Position numbers and translations under genes: made by a program. DNA of 64,000 bases. Source: Vicugna vicugna. Its lineage: Eukaryota. The DNA is taken from contig MU058844.1 in NCBI GenBank assembly GCA_013265495.1, positions 6,757,260 through 6,821,259 on the forward strand. Reading direction: 5' to 3'. Shown in pieces: positions 52,205-64,000 of the stretch (its first letter is position 1; every line of letters begins with the position of its first letter). The notes beneath the pieces are model-generated. The model did not search any database, was not told the origin of the DNA, and was given only the letters and a program-made list of their open reading frames with translations.

Positions 52205-54093
52205 CTACTACATGACAGCGGCTAACTACAGCTACAGAAAAATAGAAGACCATGCTGGCCGATCTCACTTCAAATTCATGATCAGAAATCTCAAGTGGGC
52301 CCTTCTCACTACCAGGCAATTTTACTGTATTTCCCTAGTCAGTTTACTCTACTACTTCTTACACAACTATTTCACAACCCTTCCCTCTCCTCACTAACAG
52401 CTGGTAACTTTGCTTCTCAATTACTGAGATAGATGCAATTAAAAGAGACTTCCTAATAACCCTATCAATAAACCTATCATACTACTTGAATCAGCACCTC
52501 CATATTTTTCCTTCCCTTCAATTACAAAGGATGAACCCTTCTTGCTCTTAAGCCACTTCTTCCACTGTTCTTTGCATTCGTTTTTACCTCCTCAAGGATA
52601 TCACTTCTGAGTTTTTTCATTTTCTTTTCTATGTTATCAATCTTCCCTCTCTGCTGTTTCTTCTATCAGAGCACAAACATAGTATGTCAGCTTTCTTCTT
52701 AAAATATGTCTCCCCTAACCCTACACTTCCTTCATATAACATATAACACCTGAATTCTTTAAACTTCTGTAGAGAGTTTCAATAGCTCCAGTTCCTTTCC
52801 TCCCATTCTCATATTACCCACTCGATTTTATATATTTTTTGTCACCATCAACCAACTGAAGCCACTCTAGTCCATGTGACCAGTGATCTCTACATTCTGG
52901 AATCCAAGGGTCAACTCTTATTACACATCTTGTTTCACCACACAGCAGCCCTCAGCACGGCTAACCACACCACTCTTTGGAGCCTGTTTAGCACTTGAAT
53001 AGAGAATATCAATCTCACTTGATTTTCTTACTTTACTACATATTTCTTCTTTGCAGTTTTCTCCTTGTTTTCTTGACTTCTTAATGCTATAGTTCTACAG
53101 GCTCAGTCCCTATACTTTTCTTCTTTATCTACAATTCATCTATTTTGACCTTATCCAGAGTGTATATTTAAATACCATCTAAATGATGATTACTTCAAAT
53201 TTACTTTTTCAGGTAGGTCCACTCTCCTGAATTCCATATTTAAATATTCCCACTGCCTATTTAACATTTTTTTCACTTGAATATACCAGTAGGCACCCCA
53301 AAACTGAAATTTTGTTCTTTCCCTCACAAAAATGCTCTTTCCTGAGTATACAGCAACTCTGTCTTTCCATTTGCTTAGCTCATCCTTGATGCAGTGTATC
53401 AAAGTGCATCCCTTTGATGTTTCCTTTCTCTCATTCTTCACATCCAGTTTATCAATAAATCCTGTTATTCTACCTTTGAAAATCGCCTGGAATATGACTA
53501 ACTCACTATCATCTTCTACCAGTATTATTACAATCACATCTTTTTTCTGTCTTTCTATACTTTGTTCTCTTTTATCTGTTTTCAACACAGCAATTGGGTT
53601 ATATAAATTAATAAATCATATCCACTTACTTCTGTGCTCAAAACTCTTCAGTAGGTCCCCATTTTACTCCATTGGCTAATAAGGAACTCACAAACATGGC
53701 CCCAGATAATTCCTTGATCTTAGGTCCTCTGATTCCCTCATTTGATTTACTCCAGCCACATGTTCCACAGATTTTCTAGACCACAACAAAGTTACTCCAG
53801 TTTTGGATTACGTCTACCATGTTCTTTTGACTCATCTTCCTCACATTTTAGGAGTCTTTGCTCAAATGTCCCTTTGTCTTAGAGGTCTTTCTTGATGATT
53901 CTATTAAAAATAACTAATTTTCCAAAACTGGCTTCAGTAACACTTTAGCTCTATATTCTGCTTTGCATTTCTTTTCTTGGTATTAACATTTTTAAAATCT
54001 AATATAAATCAACATTTCAAGGGCTTTTGTATGTTTTAAATGGTGACTGACACACAGAGATACTCAATAAATATTTGCTAAATAAATAAATAA
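52205..54093 (+). mobile_element. Long L2a element (ORF2 remnant to 3' end)
   Basis: TCTCACTTCAAATTCATGATCAGAAATCTCAAGTGGGCCCTT...AAATACCATCTAAATGATGATTACTTCAAATTTA...ACTCAATAAATATTTGCTAAATAAAT. Confidence 0.85.
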
Positions 54094-54099
54094 TGCAGA

Positions 54100-54680
54100 C
54101 TTTTGGTACATGTGCTTGTTTCTGTCTCCCTAACCATCTATCACCCACACAGGGCTATATTGTCTATGCAAGAATGGTCTTTCACCTGTTTTGTTTGAGG
54201 CTGTGCCCCTGTAGTTGGACCAGGGTCTGCCTCATGGTAAGACTTGATCAAAACATGTTAAATGAATGAATGCACTTTAAAAAATTACCAAGCATTTTAG
54301 ACCATAAAGGTTAAATAGCATGAACTTACATTGTTGTATAAATTAAAATTGGCTTGAATTCAGATCATTAGTTATGATCTGGCTTTAATCTACATTTTCA
54401 CATCATCTTCTCCCACGGACCTCTCAATCCACATAAAACTAACCCTCAACAAAACCAGGTCAAATACTATTCCTGAGTACAGCAGCAAATTGCACCTATT
54501 TTGTGTGTTGTTGCTTCTGCCTTGGATGCTCTGCTCTTTAGGCTGCTTATTAGTATTTTATTTATTTTTTTAAGACTTAATTCAAAGGACAACTTCTTTT
54601 TGAAACCCTTCCAGACTTTTCCACTCAGCTAATGACTCTCTCTCTTTTGCTATATCACAACTCATTTGCATTCATTAAAC
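54100..54680 (+). mobile_element. Additional L2 fragments
   Basis: L2 3' end ...ATGTTAAATGAATGAATG at about 54255-54272, followed by degraded L2 (TCTGCCTTGGATGCTCT...AAACCCTTCCAGAC). Confidence 0.55.
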
Positions 54681-55844
54681 AATTATTTATTGAATTTTCT
54701 AGGGAGTATACTGGGCACAGTGGAGAAAGGAATGGTTACCTAGATGAATATTTTACTGTGAATGCCCTAGAGTAGATTTTCTAGGGCATTAGAGAAATGG
54801 AATACTATTATTATTGTTGTTTTATATATGTACTACTAGAATTTCTCTATCAACAATTTCCATTAATTATTCTATTTGTGGTTGTGGTTCTGACTGTGCT
54901 CAGTATATAACCAACTCAGACAGTGTTTGTTAAAATGAAATTAAAATATCCATTCATTTCAGGGCTATCTCTACAACTGTATGCTAAAACTTCCATAGTT
55001 TCTCTGTTATGCATGTTATTCTCTATGAGAAACAATAACTGATATCTCCACACTCGAATCAAATGGAGCACAATTTCAGTAAATTATATATCAAGTTTCA
55101 TCTCTGTCTTCCCCTCAACTGTCCATTGGGTGTTCCTTCAGTTGAGTACTTACGCTGCAATTGTTTTTTATATAAATTGTATGCCTATTAACTAAAGAGG
55201 CAGATAAAATGTTTTTTGATCTAGTAATTTTGGGAGTGCCCCATTTTCTACATGTATTTTTTTGTTAACTCACTTTACAAGGTATTCTTTTTTCCCAGTC
55301 AGAAGAGCTCAAGAGTTAGGCTATTGGAATAGACTTGAAAGGTCTATTCCCTTTAGAGATATGTGAGCCAAGATGGAAGCACCACTTTATATCTGTTGTT
55401 TGACCTATAATTTATAATGAGTTAGAATACTCTTCAGAGAGAGGTGCCAAGATTTTCACCATTGCTGTAGAGTAAAACAGGGAAATTTCCAATTGTGTAA
55501 ACACTACATTTTTAATCTAATTCAGCCAATGAATGAATGTAGGTTCATATTCCCTGCTCTCTGCACTATTTATTTTTCCTCAACTGAAAGCCAGTTCTTG
55601 AAAATACCAAGAGTCTTGATTTTTTTCTCATGGTTATGTAATCAATCTTCTGGGTGATTCTTTTACATGTTTCTATCTCTGATCATTTTGTTTGAAGTCA
55701 AGACAGGTGTATGGGATTTTCCTGCTATAATCAGCTCATATATTGATGAAGAAAGGCAGCTGTCAGTGTCTAGCAGTCGTGGTCAAGATATTTTTAAGAG
55801 AGATGTCTTAAAGTTCATTTCCTTCTAGTTTCATAACATATTTT

Positions 55845-55942
55845 TTAAAATTTATTATTGTTTTTTAATGGAGGTACTGGGAATTGAAACCAGGACCTTG
55901 TGCAAGCTAAGTATGTGCTCTACCACTGAGCTATAACCTCAC
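55845..55942 (-). mobile_element. Camelid tRNA-derived SINE (Vic-1 type)
   Basis: Minus strand reads GAGGTTATAGCTCAGTGGTAGAGCACATACTTAGCTTGCACAAGGTCCTGGTTTCAATTCCCAGTACCTCCATTAAAAAA, with A/B-box-like motifs. 10-bp TSD AACATATTTT at 55835-55844 and 55943-55952. Confidence 0.9.
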
Positions 55943-56931
55943 AACATATTTTAAGCATATTTTTTTGCACATATCAGCAACATTCCTTTCAGTTTTAAAA
56001 CTATGTGTGTGTGCTTTAATGAAGGTACAACTTTAAAATTATACTTTATGTGAGATTGTAGCTTGTTTAATTTTGATTCTTTTAAGAGTGTAGAGGAAAA
56101 CATTCATTACTATATTTCATCAATAAAATGAGAACGTTCTAAATTTGAGATGACTAGATATTAACTAAAATCATGTAACAGAAAATGCTCAGTAAAATAA
56201 GCAACTCATTTTATCAGTGTTAAATTAGCCTTGAAAATTCAGCTTTGTTTATTATGAAAAGAAATAAGCATTCTGATTAACAAAGATCATTGGCACTTTG
56301 ACCACGTCAGGTATATACTTCTGAATAACATACATATCTGAAAATATAATTCCTAGTCTAAATTTTAACCTGTCAAATTTTCTTTGAATTAGCAGGTTCA
56401 ATATGCCATAGGGTAATAAAACCATCAAGACTTACTATGCTATTGATAGTGAAAACTGGCCACAGACAATATTTAGAAAAGAGTTGACACAAGTCATTTA
56501 TTGTAAAATGATTCACAATTCTGCCCCTAGTTACACTTCAGTTGAGGCAAAAGTGACAGTGGAGGATGAAGGCATATTTTCTGTTTGTCTGGCTCAGCCA
56601 GTATAGAAATACAAATGCTAATTGTGTTGAAAACTGAAAGCAGCTCAACTTGATTCACCCTAAAATACAGATACAGAATTAGTACCAGGCAGAACAACAG
56701 CTCGCTTCGGGAGTTCTGAGGAAACCTTCACGTGTAGCACTTTGCAATGAAGCTGAGCCAACTAGTGATGGGTGTCTTGCTGCTGGAGTCATTAGTCAGG
56801 TATACAACTAACTATTCCAACACTTTTATTGCCCCCCTCCTTTTAATACTATAGAACTCTTTTTCTTTTTAAAATTTTCTTTAAAAAATCTTTCACTGAC
56901 TAGAGCAACTGCAATTTCTTTCTTTTCAAAG

Positions 56932-57052
56932 TAGGCTTGGTAATTGTAGCAAATAAAAATATTTAATGGAACATTCTTTTACAAGACATTATTTGTTGTT
57001 TATCAGAAATTGAAATTTAACTGAGCATCCTATATTTTATCTGGCAACCCTA
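56932..57052 (+). mobile_element. MER53-like hAT MITE, internally deleted
   Basis: TAGG...TAGCAAATAAAAATA and ATTATTTGTTGTTTATCAGAAATTGAAATTTAACTGAGCATCCTATATTTTATCTGGCAACCCTA. Confidence 0.8.
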
Positions 57053-57949
57053 TTTGAATTAAAAAACAAGAAAGCCCTGATTATCACTCAGTTTCAACCC
57101 AAAAATATAAAACGTATTATTGGGATGCTGAAAGAAGGTCATTGTCTTCCCAGTTTATTTAGAGTTCTAATCCACTCAGCTGGACCTGGATACTGACAAT
57201 GGTGCCCAGACTGTTTTGTTTCTGTGGTCATTTTAGAATCTTAAAATTTGAGCTTCATTGAATGGGGCATGAACTCCTTTTATTTCCATTCTTGTCCCAA
57301 AGAACAAACATTTGCAAAAGAGAAAAGAGAAATCAGTCTGAAAAGTAGGCTAATTAATCTGCTCAAGATTTTTCAGCCACCAAGATACTAGGGCTGAATC
57401 TTTCCAAACATACTGCGGAGCTTGTGTTTTCCTGTGGAACTAAAAGGAGGGTGTTACGGTAGAGAGAATATTGGCTTTGGTCTCAGGAGTTTGTTTTTTT
57501 TTTGTTTTTGTTTTTTTAATTCTATTTTTAAGTGAAACAAATAATGTAATCTTTTTAGAAACTCAGTTTCTTTCTCTTTAAATAAAAAAAAAGATCCATC
57601 CTAAGGTATCCTTCTTAAGATTCTCTCAAATTTAACGAAGTGTGAAGACATATTTCTTACCATAATTAAAATATTAATAAAGCAATTATTTGCAGTTGTT
57701 TAAAATTTCTGTTATCCCTGAAATTTGGTTCTATATTCTCTTTGTTTCATCATACACAAATCAGTTATTTCTCTTTCAATATTTTATTCTTAGGATTCAG
57801 CACATATCTCACAGTTAGGAGGCATTAAATTTAAAAATATTTCCAAACATTGAAAGAATTCTGAGTAGTATAGAATGATAAGGTGAAACTGGTATCTGGC
57901 TTTATGTTGTTTAAATTACAGAAAAATTTCCCCTAAAGTAGTATCATGA

Positions 57950-58072
57950 CTTGTATGAAAACTCCATGAAGAATGGAATTTTTTCCCGTATTGTTTAATG
58001 CTATATCCTAGCATCTAGGGGCAGGTCAGGTATATTAGGCATTCAATAAATAAATATCTATTGTATGAATTA
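57950..58072 (+). mobile_element. L2 3' end
   Basis: AAACTCCATGAAGA...GCTATATCCTAGCATCTAGG...TAGGCATTCAATAAATA. Confidence 0.7.
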
Positions 58073-58834
58073 AGAGGTCTGTAAAACTTCTTTATAGCTC
58101 CTGAAATGCAATGCCTCTTTGCAATGAAATAGAATTCCTAAATGAGGTCAAGAATTTTTAATTTTATGAAAAATTAAATGTCAGCTTTGTATGATATTAA
58201 ACAAAAAAGAAGCTATTAACTTAATTTTTACCTTTTTAAATTATAAACAGTGTTAACTGCATAGTCAAAAATGTCTTTTGAACTCTAAAATAAAGACTAC
58301 TTTTTATTAATACCACTTTTATTTTTAGACATTAAATTTTAATATAGTCATAGTCAACTGTTGAAGACTTAGAGTGGAAAGGTCAAACAGTGAATTCCTC
58401 AACTTTTTTTTTTGATTTAGAAACCATTTTTATGGTAATAATTTCACTAATGTATATAATCTAATAAATTACATACCAGTTAAGATACTGAGGAGAGACA
58501 AATTTGAATACATACTTCCCCTGCCTTCAAGGACATTCTGGTATAATCTTGACGTGAATCATTTTTTTTTCTAGATATTTTGTATAGTTTTAAGGGATAG
58601 GCCATTTGACTTTCCCACAGCACATCTAGTTATAGTAAATTTCAAATTAAATTAAATAATTTATTAATCAAGGTTTTTTGTGTGAACAATAAAGTTATTT
58701 AATGAATGCTTTGGGCCAAAGTGTACTGATCTTCATGTTAATAAGGATGCTTGATTGCCTTCTGTGACTGTTCCATTTCAATAAGTTTACACCTTTCTAC
58801 ACCATAATCACAATGTCCTTAATAATGAGTGATG

Positions 58835-59010
58835 ATTATTAAAGATTTTAATATACTACGTGCCTGTCAAGAAACTTTTTTCGTGATATCTCATTTGATC
58901 CTTACAAAGAAGTAGAAAGAGTTATTATAATTACTGTGTAGAAATTAGAAATGAAGCACAGAGAGGCTCGCACAGTGTGTAAATAGCAGAGCTAAGATTC
59001 AAGACCAGAC
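58835..59010 (-). mobile_element. MIR SINE
   Basis: ATCTCATTTGATCCTTACAA...GAAATGAAGCACAGAGAGG...TAAATAGCAGAGCTAAGATTCAAGACCAG. Confidence 0.7.
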
Positions 59011-59328
59011 AACAATGGGCAAAGACAAATTTCTCTCCATAATTAAAACTTCAATAAAGCTATTATTTTAGGGCCCATACTTCACTCCTTCAAGTTGCCT
59101 CGAGAAACAACCGATTACCGACAACTTTCCATTGACCTGTCCAGATCAGAATTGGTAATCCATAGTTTTTTTTTAATTTCATAAATATTTATTTAGCATC
59201 TACTATTTGCCAGTTACTCTTCTGCACTAACAGAGCAGCTCATAAAACTTATATTTAGAGAGTAGAGACTGAAAAATAAATGTACAGAATCATTTCAGGG
59301 AAAGTGTTATATAAAAAGGAATTTGGCT

Positions 59329-60290
59329 GAGTATCTTTGATGATCATAGATGCAAAAATCCTCAGTAATATTAGCAAATAGAATCCAACAACACATAAAA
59401 ACATTGGCAAACCAATCAATGTAATATATCACATCAACAAAAGTAAAGACAAAAACCACATGGTCATCTCAATAGATGCAGAAAAAGCATTTGATAAAAT
59501 TCAACATCCGTGATTAAAAACTCTCACCAAAATGGGTATACAGGGAAAATATCTCAACATAATAAAAGCCATTTACGACAAGCGCACAGCCAGTATAATA
59601 CTTAACAGTGAAAAGCTGAAAGCCTTCCTACTAAATTCTGGAACAAGACAAGAATGCTCACTCTTACCACTTCTATTCACCATAATATTGGAAGTCTTAG
59701 CCACAGCAATCAGACAACAACAACAAAAACAAAAGGTATCCAAATTGGAAGGGAAAAGGTAAAACTGTCATTGTATGCAGATCACATGACATTCTAGATA
59801 GAAAACCCTAAGTACTCCACACAAAAACTATTAGAGCTAATAAATGAATTCAGCAAGGTAGCAGGATACAAGATTAATACACAGAAATATGTTGCTTTTC
59901 TTTATACTAACAATGAAATATCAGAAAGAAAAAGTAAAAAGAAAAAATCCTCTTATAAAATCAAGCCCCCCCCACAAAACCTACAAATAAACCTAACCAA
60001 AGATATGAAAGATCTACATACTGAGAACTATAAAATATCAATGAAGGAAACTGGTGATGATACAAATAAATGGAAATATACCCCTGCTCTTGGATTGGAA
60101 GACTTAATATTGTTAAAATGGCCATACTACCTAAAGCAACCTACAGCTTTAATGTGATCTCTATCAAATTACTCATGACATTTTTCACAGAAATAGAAAA
60201 ATAATCAGAACAAACAAAAAAAAGTACATGGAACCACAAAAAATGGCCATCATCAAAAAGCCTACAAATAATAAATACTGGAGAGGATGC
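59329..60290 (+). mobile_element. Internal L1 ORF2 fragment (RT region), truncated at both ends
   Basis: ORF 59532-59762 [17 protein letters not shown]...[25 protein letters not shown]; upstream [15 protein letters not shown]; degenerate YADHM at the FADDM site (about 59774-59788). Confidence 0.95.
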
Positions 60291-60469
60291 CAGTTGGTTT
60301 TTTTGCTTGGAATGTGCAAATATACAACTTCTTAGCTACTTCAGTGGTATAAGTATTGAAAAGACATACCATAAAATACTATTCTTTTACATTTGGCATA
60401 TATTAGAAGTTTTGTTCCCTTTAAGTGAAATCCCCAAATTTTCGTTAAGTTAGTGGAAATGACTTTCAT

Positions 60470-60640
60470 CTGAGCATCTACTTTTTGTCAGGTACTTTTG
60501 TAGATGCTATATTTTACAGACAAGGAAATAAAAACTCAGAGAGATTAAGTTACATGCTTAAAGTTACAAAAAGTCTGTGGCAATCATCAAGATTTATACT
60601 CAGATCAATCTGCATATAAAAAACTATGGTACATTAAAAG
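60470..60640 (-). mobile_element. MIR SINE
   Basis: ATTTTACAGACAAGGAAATAAAAACTCAGAGAGATTAAGTTACATGCTTAAAGTTACA. Confidence 0.7.
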
Positions 60641-60749
60641 TTTGGATTTATAAGCAAACTTGTTTTCACATTAGACCTTAGCATTTATATATTCTTTTTA
60701 AATGAGGAAAAACTTTCACTTTTTTCTACAGTCATATTTCAGTAGACTT

Positions 60750-60920
60750 TATTTACTGACTCAGTCATTTGGAAGATACTTACTGTGCACCAAATATGAA
60801 CCAGGTATTTTGATACATATAAGGTCTAAAACAATGACCACAGACAAAACTCTGGAACCTCATGGAGTTCACATTTTAGGTAGGGGAGACAGATAATAAA
60901 ATAAATTAATAAAAAGTATG
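60750..60920 (-). mobile_element. L2 3' end
   Basis: CAGACAAAACTCTGGAACCTCATGGAGTTCACATTTTAGGTAGGGGAGACAGATAATAAA. Confidence 0.75.
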
Positions 60921-62577
60921 TTACACAGGGAGATACTTCAAAGTTCTAAGTATACAATGATATGAACTTTTTAAAAAAGTTTTGTTAAAACAGACTTCAG
61001 CTGAATATGAAGTATACAACTCAACCAATGCAGGGTGCTGAATTAAATTCTTATATGTTTTTAAGCTTGTTTTACCTTACAGACTTCTTGTCGTTGTTGT
61101 TGGAAAATACATAACAGTTGTTAAATGACAAAGATGAAAATATTTCCTGTAACAATGATCTTCTAAAAAAACTGATATTTGAAAGATTTTAGCAAAGTTG
61201 TTTTGACTACTAAGGGAATTACCTGAATATGTATAAATCATAAATAGGACAGCTATTTTTATCTATATTTTATTTATCTATATTTTAGATACACTTCTAC
61301 ATGTTTAGTTGTAGAAGCCCTGCTGATTAGTTAACGTTAAATATTTTAAAAGACTCCAACTAACAGCATATGAAAAGTAGGGCAATTTTTAATAATAAGA
61401 AAAAGATGTTGCATCACAAATCTAAAGTGATTCACTGGGAGATGATCTAAAGCTGTCTGAACATCTGTTTAAAAAGGCCCTCAAGAACATGGTTCTTGCT
61501 GGATTAAATGAAGATACTTCAGTTTGGAAAATTATAGCTTCTAAAGGACAATGCATACCATCATTCCCATTTCTAACCCGTGCTTGTCCTCCAGAGCCCA
61601 AACCAGATGCAAACGATTTAATGGCATTTAATGAAATCTTTGGAAGCCCATAGTGGAATAGTGCCCACTGGTCATTAATCAAGCTTGCCAGGTTATTTCA
61701 TTTATTTTACATTTGCTCCTAAATACAGAAAATATAATAATCAGTGTGTTACAATTGCCATTGCTCAACATATACTTTTAACTTTTTTTCTGCCTCACAG
61801 ACTAGATTTCTTTTCTTTTCTTATTTCTTTATTTAGGTGAAAGAAAATAGCTCTAAATGACAGGAATATCATCCTTTAGCTCTGTTTTCTCCATTACAGG
61901 AGACATGACTGCACATGCAAAACTACTCTGCTCAGGGAATTGTTATTTGAAGCATTTAAACCCACTGTGGGAAAACAATCACATGGACATATAAATGTGA
62001 TTGAAAAAATTCCAAATTGTTACCTTTGAAGCTACTTTTGCAAGATAAACATTACTCTCTACAATTTCATTTATTCTGTGGGCTTGTATTTTTTTCTTTC
62101 TCAAGACAGTAGTATATAATATTTTTATATATATAGTATAAAATATTTTATTTTTATTCCTTCATTTAAATGAAAGCTCAAAAATGCCTGGAATATATTT
62201 GATATTTTTATTTCACAATGTGCTTATCAATTTAATTTTCTTAGAAAATCTTTTAGTTTCTATCTTAGAGAAAGGCAAAACAACAAGTACAACCTACTTG
62301 TTGAGAATAATCACATTATAGTTACAGAATTCTTTGGCTGTATGGAACTTATTATGATTTGAGAAAAATTAAAACAATTTTTTTCCAATGTATTCTTAGT
62401 TTTTACATTACATATAGTAATTTTATTTTTCATGAGACAGGGCTTGTCAGACAAATTCAATCAAAAATATGAAATCACATTCAGTTCTCCTCAAAGAGAG
62501 CCAGAGACTGGTAACCTTCTACAAGCTACATCCAAAGATGGGGAGTGAAGAAGGACTTACCTTTACTGAGAATGAAA

Positions 62578-62710
62578 GGGGTATTATTCCACTGGCACCT
62601 AGTGGGCAGAGGACATAAATGCTAAATGTAGAATGCACATGACAGCTCCCACAACAACAACAAAATTACCTGGTGTAAAATGTCAATAGTGTCAAAGTTG
62701 AGAAACCCTG
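62578..62710 (-). mobile_element. MER20 fragment
   Basis: ACTGGCACCTAGTGGGCAGAGG...ACAGCTCCCACAACAA...AAATGTCAATAGTGTCAAAGTTGAGAAACCCTG. Confidence 0.85.
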
Positions 62711-62889
62711 GCTAAGATAAAGACAGTCTTGTTATTGCCAGTCACTAAGACTCACCGAAGAGTTCTATAGAACCCATTCTTCTACATGGAAAAAAGGAAG
62801 ACACCCTTCTGTCCCTAGAATCTTATTCTGTGAATGTTTTACACATCAACACTCAAAACACTCCCACATTAAAAAAGATAAAGTTGCTG

Positions 62890-64000
62890 ACTCATCCATC
62901 TATTAATTAACTTATCCAACAAATATTCATCACAAACTCCCATATGACAATTCCTGTGCTATTATACACAGATACACAGTCTATACACAAGGATATTACA
63001 ATTGGACATAAATGTTCCAGGGAAGCAGGAAATATTAGTTGGTTTGTTCAATGTTGTAGTTTTCAGTTACTAGCATAAAGCCTGAACACATAAGGCTTAA
63101 TAAATATTTGTTGCACTAACAAAAAAAATACTGAATGTATTAATGTGTGTGACATGACAAGTATGCACCAGGCACACTGGGAGTTTAGAGAAGGAAATAA
63201 CATGCATGGTCAGGCGTGTGTCAGAAGGGTCTTCACGGATGAGGTAGCACTTGACCCAAGTCTAAAGAAATGATAAAATTATTGAGAAATAATGAGTTTA
63301 TTGGAGAGGGGTGAGTGATCTTAGAAAAGATGATAGATTAGGTTTTTGTACAAGTTAGGCTTTAGAAGATAAAGCATTTTTGTTGGACGATCAGGTGGAC
63401 TATTACAGTTGTGGGTCTGCAGCTCATGAGAAAGTCTAGTGCTAGCGGTATCAACTGAGGAGGCAGCCACATATTGGTAAAACAAGCAGCTTGAGGGTGG
63501 AAGAATATCTGAGTGAGAAAACAGAGAGAAGAACATAGCAGGAGAGAGAGAGAAACAGAGGGAGAGCGAGAGATTCAAATGTTTGTAGAAGTAAGGGATA
63601 TGGATGAGACTTAAGTACCATGAGAGCCAAGATAAAACTGATTTTTAAAAAGGAATTACTGGTTATGTGACAAATAATGAAAAGAAGTCCATGAAGATGA
63701 GGTTTCAGAGAGGTCACTGTGTTTTTCATTAGGAGATCCAATATTTCATACATTTATGCCAGGTGATAGAAAGGACAAGGGACAGAGATCAAGGGGAAGT
63801 TACCTGAGAGAGATGTGAAATTTCACTCCTTTTTGTAGCACCACTTTCCTGGTTCACAGCCTCATTTTATTTTACTTGGGCTACAACCATAGCCTCCTAA
63901 ATAGACCTTCCTTGGTATAAGGCCTTATAATGAACAGCTTCAGTATGAGTCTTTGAAATCTCAAATTTGAACATATTACTCTCTTGCTCAAAAGCCACCA
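62890..64000. mobile_element. Cluster of L2 fragments in both orientations
   Basis: L2 3' tail TTAATAAATATTTGTTG at about 63097, antisense purine-rich L2 at 63160-63780, and sense L2 CCATAGCCTCCTAAATAGACCTTCC near the end. Confidence 0.6.

Noticed and set aside
53190..53679. Longest ORFs (132 and 115 aa)
   Set aside because: Both lie within degraded L2, with no recognisable protein family or exon structure.
55868..55942. Possible tRNA gene
   Set aside because: The A-rich tail, TSD and substitutions that break the cloverleaf indicate a SINE.
59532..59762. Reverse-transcriptase-like ORF as an active or novel RT system
   Set aside because: It is a fragment of ordinary L1 ORF2 with stops, frameshifts and a mutated catalytic motif (YADHM).
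62024..62100. Minus-strand exon candidate (…HRINEIVESNVYLAKVASK|GTAAC)
   Set aside because: No convincing upstream acceptor and no recognisable protein.
1..64000. CRISPR array, operon or prokaryotic-type defence system
   Set aside because: No regularly spaced repeats or long ORFs; the DNA is mammalian and largely repeat-derived.

Overview
This is AT-rich, CpG-depleted mammalian genomic DNA, most likely camelid (Camelus/Vicugna/Lama). The assignment rests on a tRNA-derived Vic-1-type SINE at 55845-55942 and two L1 3' ends that resemble the camelid L1 family. I found no convincing host protein-coding exon, RNA gene or CpG island, so the window reads as intergenic or deep intronic. Much of it is interspersed repeat: L1 of several ages, L2, MIR, MaLR/ERV1/ERVL LTRs and hAT-Charlie DNA transposons. 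Several insertions are nested and still show target-site duplications (TSDs). Most supplied ORFs are chance or repeat-derived; the only recognisable peptides are degraded L1 ORF1/ORF2 and Charlie transposase remnants. Between the repeats are several unique, motif-rich blocks that could be enhancers, plus a few unusual palindromes and hairpins. I see no evidence of a new multi-gene biological system. Repeat family names come from recalled consensus sequences, not a RepeatMasker run, and boundaries without a TSD are approximate.
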